Positions 37,231 through 47,081 of a DNA stretch of 56,594 nucleotides are shown one piece after another; positions within the stretch are counted from its first letter, which is position 1; every line of letters starts with the position of its first letter. Made by a program: the position numbers and the translations under genes. Origin of the DNA: Mesotaenium endlicherianum (lineage: Eukaryota); assembly GCA_009602735.1 (NCBI GenBank), contig WELA01002119.1, positions 470,965-527,558 of the forward strand, given 5' to 3'. The notes beneath the pieces were generated by a model. It ran no database searches. It saw only the letters and a list, made by a program, of their open reading frames with translations, and was not told the DNA's origin.

Positions 37231-39320
37231 GTGGAAGAAAATGTGCAGCTGAAAGATAAGATAGCACTCAAGTTTGTTGAGCATAGGGAAGAAGTATTGC
37301 AGCTCAAGCAAGACAATGCAGCCCACATGCAAGAGAATTTGGCTCTTAAGAAACAAATTCAATACCTCAAAGCCAAGAACTTGCCTGCAACGCGCCCCGC
37401 AGCTCCACGTCAAAGAGTAGGGAGTAGCTCTACAAGAACATGGGACAGAATGGCTGCTGATGTTCAGGATTATATGGCTGGTAGGTTTCAGTCTGATGAG
37501 GCTATGGGTATGCTTTGGCAACCTATCTTCATGGGAAAGAAATTGAAGGTTTGCTGGACTCTCTCACGGCTGACCTTGACCTTAAGCACACTATAGAAAA
37601 GGCAACGGTGCAATATATACAAAAACAATGGGACTCTAGAGTGGGCTTAGCTATTATGTACAGGCTAGGACTGTCGCAGGAGAAATACCAGCTTCTTCTA
37701 AATCTCTTCTCTAAGACTTACAACGCTGAGACAGGACTATGGAATCCCAACGTAGTATCAGATAGCTGCTCCCTAGAGATGCCCAAGTTGGCTTTAAAAA
37801 AATCTATTGCAGAAATGAAGGCTGATGTGTATGCAAAGATGGATCTTAGACAGGAAGCAAGCGGAAATAGAGTCACCCAATCATTGGAGGAGACAGTTAG
37901 ACAGAGAATCATCACTCTAGGGTTGTTGTGCCCAGAGGGCCGTGTGGTGAGAGTGCAATTCATAGGAGATGCTTTGGATTGGTATCAAAAGGTAAACCAA
38001 ACCATTATGGCATGCAAGCTATTGACATAAAACAACAGGTATATGGCAAATTCTGCATTCAACAATTGCACCATCTTGGTATTTGAAGGCGACGATGACT
38101 ACATTAGCATTGCAACTCATGCCGAGCGACTCTTAGAGGAGTTGGAGCTACTAAGGAAGAATGGTGTGATGTTTGAAGGCGTGAAGTACATCATTAAGTT
38201 CTACCAAATAGGAGATTATAAGTTCAGCAATGGGCTCTTTGGACTAAGTGGAGCTACCTCAACATACCCTTGCCTCTGGTGTTACGCCACGAGTGAAGAC
38301 ATCAAGGAGAGATGCGGGGCCGGCCAACCTCGCACCTTGGCTAGGATGCAAGCTGCAGCTCTCTGTGCGAATCATGACAGTCTTCTGATGACCTGTCCAC
38401 ACTGTGCCAAGACTTTCTCAAACTAAGTCAGACTTGCAAGGCGACACAATGAAGACAACACGAGGCAAACTTGAGAAAGAAAGCACTCATGCTCAACCAC
38501 AGTATCATAAGGTGCACAAAGGACAGCGTCATAAGAAGGCACCATTGCTAAAAATTGAACCTGCTGATTATGTCCCATGCATTCTCCATTTGCTACTGAG
38601 AGTAATTTCAACACTCTACGAGAGAACCATTCATCCTCATATTCCGCCGGGAGCAGATGCAGCTCAAATTTTTTTTGATGTACTACAGAAGGAGGTGGGA
38701 GTGACAATGTCTACGACAGCAGTTGCAGCTTACGCAAAGACAGAGATCAGAAACAGGGCCCCGAAGCCTACCTTCATTGGTCGAGAGTGTCGCCTACTCA
38801 TCGAGCAGGTGGAGGAGGTGACGAAGAACCTCATTTCTTCGCCGGATGATGCTGCACTGAAACAAGACACACAGGAAACATGGGATTGCTATCGTGAGTG
38901 CATGCGTGCCCTACTAGATCCTTTGCCGGAGACGAACTCGCAAGAAGCGAGGGAAGCAAAAGCTGCAAGGGTCCAACAACTAGCAGTAGAGTTTGAAGAG
39001 GCATATGTGAAGGCGGCAGCCGCACATCACATTACGAGGTATATGCATATCTTGAAAGCACACATACCAGCGATGATAGTAAGGCACGGAGACTTAGATC
39101 AGTTTAGTGGTGAGGGCATTGAGGCTTTACATCACTGGAGAAAACAGCAAATACAGATAGAAGGAAATGTGGAGTGGACAAGCTAGACAAGCCATACACA
39201 GTGGGTAGGCTTGCACAAAGTACAAGGCAAGAGGCATGTAGAAGAACCATAGCAGGTATGGTATCACTGTCCAAAGATGAACGACGAAAGAGGAAAAGGG
39301 TGCAACCTGCTATGCAGTAG
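37231..39320 (+). pseudogene. RAG1-core/Transib-like DDE transposase, disrupted by frameshifts (~37515, ~38420, ~39140) and an in-frame TAA (38028-38030)
   Basis: Motifs in RAG1 order: 'GLAIMYRLGLSQEKY' (DDBD-like), 'FIGDA' (D600-like, 37968), 'NSAFNNCTILVFEGDD', 'GDYKF' (D708-like, 38214), 'GLSGATSTYPCLWC' (ZnC2), 'ILHLLLR', 'FIGRECR', 'YMHILKAHIP' (ZnH2, HxxxxH), 'GDLDQFSGEGIEALH' (E962-like, 39121). A shifted frame continues KTANTDRRK..MQ to a stop at 39320. Confidence 0.85.
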
Positions 39321-39526
39321 CTAAGTATAGCAAGTCATATCTTATACAGGAGCAGGAGAAGCAGAGATGTTCAGTAGTCTAAATTAACGAGCTCATACAT
39401 ATGCATTTACATACATGCACATATACATATTCACATTGCATATTAAAATTATATTACATATGTATACGTGGCTGTTTCATATTTATTCAAAGACAATATG
39501 CAAAGGTAAATGTGGCAACATGAAAT

Positions 39527-40426
39527 TTACAAGATACAAAGAGGCTTGATTGTTACCTGTGATGCTATTTTTGCTCTCTTCCTTGTCTCGCTCTCCGTAC
39601 ATGAGGAGCAGATTTGAGGTGGTTTAAAAGAGTACTTTGCAGCAACATTAGCCCGAATTTCATTCATCAGTACCCTCGCTTGTAAGTTAGCAACTCTAGC
39701 AGCTGAGAGAAGTTGAGGTTGCCACATTTTGGATCTCTCAACTGCCCTCTTCTCATCACTCACAAGTGATCTCTTCACATCTGCTTCTAAGTCCCTGGAA
39801 GCTCTTCTTTTAGCTTCAGCCTTTTTTGCTTCAAGTACACTCCTTTCACTCCTCTCCTTTTCTCTCTGGAGATCCTCTATTTCCAATTGCAGTAGACCAT
39901 GCTTAGCTCGCAGACCTGCTTGTAACATGTAGCCCTTCACATGCACCCCATGCTCTAGCATCTGCTCTAGATAACATGCCATCCTAAGCACTATATGCCT
40001 CCTACAATCACCTATGTCATGAGTAGCATTCCATTTCAATCTGTCATAACACTGATCAGGTCCTAAAAGAACACATTCCTCTCTGTTTAAAAGAGCAAAG
40101 GAGAATTTCAGTGTAAGACTTACTTGACCAGATTCATTTCTCCTCCAATCAATACAAAATGGAGAAACAATTCCTACTATCTCACTAGACCCGCGCAATA
40201 TTTTAGCAGCACTCCACCCAATCCCTATTTCAACAGGGTGAAACTCACGCAGAGTGTTCATATTCTGCAGTGACCACCACACCCTCCTTATTGATCTTAA
40301 AATAAATGGGTCACTCCTAAAAGTATGGTGAGCAACCTCTTCACCCAACTTTTCAATCACTTCCTGGAATAGCTCTTGTGGCACATTGACATCCTGTATT
40401 CTGACAATTCTCTGCGGGACCGCGTC
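39527..40426 (-). pseudogene. Convergent partner ORF of unknown function (~300 aa when rejoined), interrupted by the LTR retrotransposon
   Basis: Open for 900 nt up to the LTR boundary. Removing the LTR element and one TSD restores ..KR-M(47089-47087)-DAVPQRIVRIQDVNVPQELF.. The C-terminal half is E/K/R-rich (coiled-coil-like) with a CxxC near the end. Confidence 0.7.
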
Positions 40427-40925
40427 TGTAGTGAAACAGATAGATAAAGTACTTAGTAAAATAGAATACTTTATTCAAGACAAGGATCTTTGAACACAAG
40501 TGGTAGCTTCTTGAAAGAGAGATGGCTTCTTGAAAGTTAATATATTTCTGGATTTTGGCAAGTACAAGAGTGATTCTCAAATGTCTTTCTATGTTCTAGC
40601 TCTTGTTTATATACTTGCTACATAAGTAATTTCTAGGAAGGTGTATGTTGATGTGTTGGCACCCAACACATCCCAAAACTTGCCACCTCTTTCTAGAATA
40701 ATGTACACATGTCCTTTTGACCTAAAAATGGCACATTTGACTTTTGCCACATGGAGTTCTTCTAGGTCTTTCCTCTAACTTCGAAAATGCCTTGGAAGGT
40801 TCAAAGGACATGAACCAAGTTACTAGAGTACCTATTCACACTTGACTCCACACAATACTACTCCAAATATATTTGAAAACATTAAAATATATGCAAACTA
40901 ATATATAATAACTCAAATCACTACA
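40427..40925 (-). repeat. 3' LTR (499 bp)
   Basis: TGTAGTG...CACTACA; differs from the 5' LTR by about 12 substitutions, a 13-nt indel and two 1-nt indels (hand count). Confidence 0.96.
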
Positions 40926-40935
40926 TCACCCCCCC
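40926..40935 (-). promoter_or_regulatory. Polypurine tract (GGGGGGGTGA on minus strand)
   Basis: Abuts the 3' LTR. Confidence 0.85.
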
Positions 40936-40961
40936 GATAGAAAAAGCGACGTCTCGGCGCG

Positions 40962-41088
40962 TCAAGTCAGGTCTTACACATGTGGAGCAAACTAGTCAAC
41001 AGTTTCAAGTCAGATGCCACACATGTGAAGAGGACTAGTCAAAGGCGCCAAGTCAGGTGCTACACATGTAAGGTAGACTAGGCAAGGT
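40962..41088. repeat. Three degenerate ~44-bp tandem repeats in the retrotransposon 3' UTR
   Basis: CAAGTCAG..ACACATGT..ACTAG.CAA repeated three times. Confidence 0.75.
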
Positions 41089-41691
41089 CGTAGGTGATGT
41101 GACCTTATTGGCTAGCCTACTCCTTAATGATAAAGAAAATTGTACAAGTTGGCGCAGAATCTGCCACGAATTCAAAAATTCATAGCGTCCACAGAACTGC
41201 TCCAAATCTAAACATTTGAGTGCCAGACGGACCGCGTTGGAGAACTCTACCGAGTCACCAAATTTGAGAGCATTCTAATTTCTGAAGTGTCGTTGAGAGC
41301 TGAGAGAGTAGGCACTCCAAATCTGTGCAGAAACTTCTGAAAATCATAAGTCCTTCTATACTTCTCCAAATTTTGCAAAGTAAGTCTCCAAATGGGCGCT
41401 GTAAGATGTTCTACCAAAGTCTTGAGTTTCACAGCATTCCAAGTTCAGGGGAGGGCACAATGTCAGAAGGCATATTCTGCCCTAACAATGCCAGCAGCCT
41501 GACCCCCTTCTACTTAGAGCATCATATCTCTCTCACCAGTGCTCCAAATTGAGCAAACTTGGACTCTAAATGACCGGCTACTCATGGACTACAGCCAGGT
41601 AAATTTTCAGAATTTATTATGCAGAGACCTATCACCAGTACCAGTTTTTGTTTTCTGTCCAGAAACTGCAAGAAGAGAAAAGTGTCTAATG

Positions 41692-44600
41692 TCAATTTTT
41701 CCTCTTTGTGGTTCTTGCAGGCTGCCTCCAAGGGGTCTTCTGCTGCTTCTTGATGGTGGCAGGCTGCCTCCCTGAAGTCTTCGGGCTTCTAGTAGAGAGA
41801 CTTGGGGCTGGTCCAAGATGGGGGTTGGCGGCATGGAAGCGCTTCAACTTTCTCTGAACTTTGTCAAGGTAGTGCGCCGCCACCCAACTATTCTCCGAAT
41901 CTGGATATCCTTTCCACTTGATCAAGTATTGCTGCTGTCTCCTGAAATTTCTCATAGCCACTATGTCTTCCACTTCGTACTCCAAATGATCATCCACTAT
42001 TGTTGGGGCTGGTGGGGTTGTCACACGTCCTGGGAACTTGTTGTCGGGTTGCACATATGGCTTGAAGAGGGAAGCGTGGAATACGGGGTCGATGTGCATA
42101 GTCTGGGGAAGTTCTAGCTTGAAAGCAACGGGGTTGACTTGCTGGATAATCTTGAAGGGTCCCAAATACTTGGGAGAGAACTTGCTGCCGGCAGGCCTGT
42201 TGTTCAGGGAAATGTTCTTGGATGATAGTAACACGTTGTCACCCACTCTGTACGTAATTTCTCTTCTGGATCTGTTCGCCACTCTTGCTTGAGCATCTTG
42301 CGCGTGTTGTAGAGCTTTCTTCGCTGCTGTAAGGGCTGCTTCTAATGTCTCCATAAAATCTGTGGCTGCAGGTACTTCATCATGGCCAGCCGTGAAGCTC
42401 AGTGGCGTGGTCGGATGGAAGCCATAGTTGAGGAAGAATGGGGACTCTTGGGTAGAGGCCTGCGTAGTGTTGTTGTAGGCAAACTCGAGGGGGGTCAAGT
42501 ACATGTCCCAGTCTTGCTCGAGGGTAGACACGTAGGCCTTCAGAGAGGTCTTTAGGGTACGATTCAGACGCTCGGTTTGCCCATTTGATTGTGGGTGGTA
42601 GGCGGTAGACATATCGAGCGATGTACCCAAGTTCTTGAAGAGATTTTTCCAGAAATGGCTTGTGAATCTTGGATCTCTATCTGACACAATTCTTGATGGT
42701 AGTCCATGGAGTCGGAAGATGTTGTCAAAGATGAGTCTTGCAAGTTGTGGTGCTGTAGCCTTAGTCGTCGTGGGAATAAAATGAGCCATCTTGGTAAGTC
42801 TGTCCACCGCCGTGAGTATTGCATTATGGCCTCGAGGTGTCACGGGCAAGTCCACGATAAGGTCCATTGAGATGTCCGTCCATTGTCTTTCGGGGATTGG
42901 TAGTGGTTGGAGGAGTCCTCCCGCCTTTTGCGATGATGGCTTGATTCTTTGGCATGTGTCACAGCTCCTGCAGTACTCCTTGACTTGCTTAGACATGCCT
43001 GGCCAACAATAAGTCCTGGCTAGAACGCTTGTGGTCTTTAGGATTCCAAAGTGTCCTCCAAGAGGGTTGTCATGTGCTTCTCGTAGAAGCAAGAGCCGGA
43101 GGTCTAAGTCATTAGGAACACATCTCTGGCCCGTATCTTGCCTCACCCAATAATTGCCTTCTTGCTTCTTGCATGGGTCCAAGGCTGCTTCTCCGTTCTT
43201 GTAGTAAGGGTCTCTTTCATAGGCGGCTGAAAATCGAGCTTCCAGATCTGTCTTCAGGGATGTCATCACGGCGTTTAATTGCAGTCTTGAGAGGGGCTCA
43301 GCCGGGTTTGTCTTGCCGGGCTGGTACTGAATCGTGATGTTGTATTGTTGCAAGTATCCGCTCCATCTTGCTTGTCTCCTTGAAAGATACGGCTGCGTCT
43401 GGAGGTGCTTCAACGCCTCGTGGTCCGTGGTGACCAGTACCTTGCGTCCTTCAACGTAGCAGCGCCAAACCTTCAAGGCATGTACAATCGCCAATGCCTC
43501 TCGCTCCGTGGTTGTATAATTTTGCTCGGCCGGATTCAGCTTTCTTGACTTGTAGGCAATGGGCTGCAGTCCCTTGCCGTGGTCTTGAAGCAGGATTGCT
43601 CCTATTGCATAGGAAGATGCATCGGTGATGACGTGGAAGGGCCAATCTGGGTTTGGACTTGGGAGTGTGAGCACCGAGGATGTGGTCAATCTTCGCTTTG
43701 ACTCTTGAAATGCCTCTTCCTCTTTCTTGGTCCATGTATAAAGCCTGTCCTTCTTGAGTAGATCTGTCAGGGGGGCTGCTATGTGCGAGAAGCTTTGGAT
43801 GAATCTCCTGTACCAATTGGCAATTCCGAAGAATGACTGGAGTTCTTTCTTGGCCGTGGGGTTGGCCATTCCTCCACCACCGTGGTCTTCTTGGGGACCG
43901 TCTTGATGCCATCAGCAATCACGTGGAGACCTAGGAACTCCACTTCTTGTTTGGCAAACTCGCACTTTGACTCCTTCGCAAATAGCTTGTTTTGCTTCAA
44001 TACTTCCAGGACTTCTTTCAAGTGTCTCGCATGCTCTTCAAGGGTCTTGCTGTAGATAAGGATGTCATCGATGAATACCACCACAAATCTGTCCAACATG
44101 GGCTGAAATATGGTGTTCATCATAGTCATGAAAGTTGCTGGCGCGTTGGTGAGTCCAAATGGCAGGACCATGAACTCAAAATGTCCATATCTTGTCCTGA
44201 ATGCCGTCTTCTCTATGTCCGGTTCTGCGATGCGAATCTGGTGGTAGCCGCTCCGTAAGTCAATCTTCGTGAAGTACTTGGCTCCAACCAGCCGGTCCAT
44301 GAGCTCATCCATGCGCGGCAGCGGGTATCGATTCTTGATGGTGATCTTGTTGAGGGCGCGATAGTCCACACACATCCTCAAGGTACCATCTTTCTTCTTG
44401 ACAAATAGCACCGGGGCTCCAAATGGCGACTTGCTAGGTCGAATGAAGCCATGCTCCAGTAGCTCCTTGATTTGCTTGTTGACTTCGTCTAGCTCCGTGT
44501 ATGACATTTTGAACGTAGGCCGAGAGATGGGCTTGCTTCCGGGCTCCAACTCTATCTTGTGGTCTACGAATCTCTTTGGGGGTAAGCCCTTGGGCAATTT

Positions 44601-45356
44601 CGGAGAGAATACTTTTTTGTAGTCCTCTAAGACTTCTCGTATCTCCTTGGGAACGGGGCTGCCTTCTTGACTCTCGATGTCTTTCTTGATGTCTTTTGGC
44701 GTGATCAAGGCCAAAAGAAGCTCGTGTCCCTTCCTCACAAGTCTCTTGAGTTGGAGGGCGGACAATAGTATCTCGTGTGCCGGCTTCTGGATGTCTTGGG
44801 TCTGGATATTCTGGATTGCGCGCAAAATACAGATTCTTGAAGTGATGTCATTCTTGATCTTGATAGTACCGGTCCTCCAATCAACTTGGGGGTTGTGCTT
44901 GGTCAACCAAGGCGTCCCTAGGATGACGTCGTACTTGCCCAATTGCATGGGGGAGAACACTACTCTATCCTTGAAGGACTTGATAGAGAGTGCCAAGGGG
45001 TACGTCTTCTTGGAAGGGGTAGTATAGGAGAATCCGTCGGGCATCATAATCTCCTCGTCGTGGTCAAGAGTTCGCATAGTAATACCGTGCTTGGTGGCAA
45101 AATCTGCAGCAATGAAGTTGCCTTGAGCTCCGCTATCCACCAAGATGTGGACCTTCTCTCCTCCAAGGTTACCTCTCAAACTCATTGGGGCTGGGACGTC
45201 GTCTCCAACGGGGGTCTCCACCTCACTTGGCGTGTTGCCTTCTCGTGAAGTGGGTCTTGGGGTGGTAGGCTCCTGGCCTACCGGCGCTGTCCGTTTTTTG
45301 ACAACTTTTTGGGGCATGAAAGTGCACGATGGCCCTTTTCCTTGCAATAGAAGCAT
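41692..45356 (-). pseudogene. pol: pol polyprotein: aspartic protease, RT, RNase H, integrase, chromodomain; one frameshift at ~43860
   Basis: 'LVDSGA', '[10 protein letters not shown]', 'FIDDILIYS', 'TDASS', HHCC 'HDNPLGGH..CDTC', 'SMDLI/SDRD/TERLN', 'YEVEDIV..YLIKWKGYPDSENSW'. ORFs 43779-45356 and 41692-43869 join at [15 protein letters not shown]. Confidence 0.95.
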
Positions 45357-46558
45357 AGTCCAGCCGTCATGAGAGCTTCTTTTTCAGCCGGGGAGAGTCT
45401 TGCTTTCACTCCTTGCTGGTTTCTTGCATCATAAGTGTCATTGGAGGGTCTTCCACTCTTCCGAGCAGCCGCGGGGTCCCTTTTAATAGCTCCGATTTCC
45501 ATGGGTGTGGGTCCAGATTCGGATGTGGAAGGGGCTGCGTACACCCGCGTCGTCGGTACCCGTGAAGATGAAGGCACGGAGTGCTTGAAATCCAAGGTAT
45601 CCACCTTTTGGGCCACTTCAATGATCTTTGAGAAGTCCGTCAAGTCGCGTAACTCCACTTCCTTTGCCACCTTGGGTTTGAGGCCAAAGATGTAACGGTC
45701 AATCTTCTCCTCGAGAGACATGTTGGGGATCTCAAGAGTGAGGGCGTGAAATCTGGATGTATACTCTTGAACGGACGTCGTTTGCTTGAGATGGTGGAGC
45801 TTTCCTCGGGCAATCTTCTCCGCATTGATGGGCATGAATTGCTTCTTGAGGGCCTCACGAAAATCTGCCCATCTTGCATATGATGGTGGGGGCTCTTGGC
45901 CGAGCATGGGGTGCGCCATAGCTTGATATATAGCCGCTTGATAGTTACGCCACCATGATGTTGCTGCTCCTCTAAGTAAGGTAACGGCAAAGGGAACGTA
46001 GTCCTCCTCGGGTACTTCAAGGAACGCGAGGTACGTCTCCACTTGGTAGAGCCATAAATTCAGGTTGGCACCTTTCCCGGGGTTGAAAGTGTCGGGTTTG
46101 CCGGGCTTGATGAGTTTCCTTGCTCTCGTTGGCTCTTGTGGAGGCGCTTGAGCCGGGGCTGGATTTTGAGCATTGCTCGCAATAGGGGCAACCATGGCAG
46201 CCATAGCTTCTCTTGACGCTTGCACGGTTGCTTCATAGGTGGCCAGGCCCACTTGGTTGTGGACGGTCATTAGGAAGGCTGCCCACTAGTTTGCGAGAAC
46301 TCCTTGTGGTGGGGTTAACTTTGCTATAGCGGCTGCCACGGGATTTGACGGTGCTCCTCCTTGCGGTGCTTCTTGTTGTTGCAGATTTCCTTGAGTAGGC
46401 TCTCCCATCGACGCTGGAGGAGGGTGTGCTCCTCCTTGTGGTGCTTCTTGTTGTTGCAGATTTTCTTGAGTGGGCTCTCCCATCGGCGCTGGAGGAGGGT
46501 GTCTTGGAGAGGAAGGGCTTCCTTCGAAAGCTTGCTGTTGGTCTTGAGGATCGGCCAT
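45278..46558 (-). pseudogene. gag: gag with Zn knuckle; in-frame TAG at 46288-46286
   Basis: ORFs 46286-46558 and 45278-46270 are in the same frame; retrotrans_gag-like 'LLRGAATSWW', 'LKQTTSVQEY'; CCHC '[14 protein letters not shown]'. Confidence 0.9.
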
Positions 46559-46582
46559 CTTCTTGTGCTACCAAAGTGCCTA

Positions 46583-46594
46583 GCTCCGATACCA
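46583..46594 (-). promoter_or_regulatory. Primer binding site TGGTATCGGAGC (initiator tRNA-Met type)
   Basis: 1 nt inside the 5' LTR boundary; one mismatch to the canonical TGGTATCAGAGC. Confidence 0.9.
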
Positions 46595-46595
46595 C

Positions 46596-47081
46596 TGTAG
46601 TGAAACAGATAGATAAAGTACTTAGTAAAATAGAATACTTTATTCAAGACAAGGATTTTTGAACACAAGTGGTAGCTTCTTAAAAGAGAGACGGCTTCTT
46701 GAAAGTTAATATATTTCTGGATTTTGGCAAGTACAAGAGTGATTCTCGAATGTCTTTCTATGTTCTAGCTCTTGTTTATATACTTGCTACATGAGTAATT
46801 TCTAGGAAAGTTTATGTTGATGTGTTGGCACCCAACACATCCCAAAACTTGCCACCTCTTTCTAGAATAATGTACACATGTCCTTTTGACCTTAAAATGG
46901 GCACATTTGACTTTTGCTACATGGAGTTCTTCTAGCTTCGAAATTGCCTTGGAAGGTTCAAAGGACATGAACCAAGTTACTAGAGTACCTATTTACACTT
47001 GACTCCACACAACACTACTCCAAATATATTTGAAAACATTAAATATATGCAAACTAATATATAATAACTCAAATCACTACA
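46596..47081 (-). repeat. 5' LTR (486 bp)
   Basis: Direct repeat of 40427-40925, followed by TSD GCGTC. Confidence 0.96.

Larger units (their letters stand above)
40427..47081 (-). mobile_element. Full-length Ty3/Gypsy LTR retrotransposon, chromovirus type (non-functional copy)
   Basis: TG..CA LTRs at 40427-40925 and 46596-47081, 5-bp TSD GCGTC (40422-40426 and 47082-47086), PBS, PPT, and gag plus PR-RT-RH-INT-chromodomain order. Confidence 0.97.

Noticed and set aside
39527..40426. RAG2-like identity for the convergent ORF
   Set aside because: No kelch GG repeats or PHD pattern; C-terminal half looks coiled-coil.
40353..40580. Small ORFs in the LTRs (also 46324-46668, 46765-46968)
   Set aside because: Non-ATG or chance ORFs spanning LTR boundaries.
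40962..41088. CRISPR-like repeats next to a reverse transcriptase
   Set aside because: Degenerate tandem repeats without spacers in an LTR retrotransposon 3' UTR.
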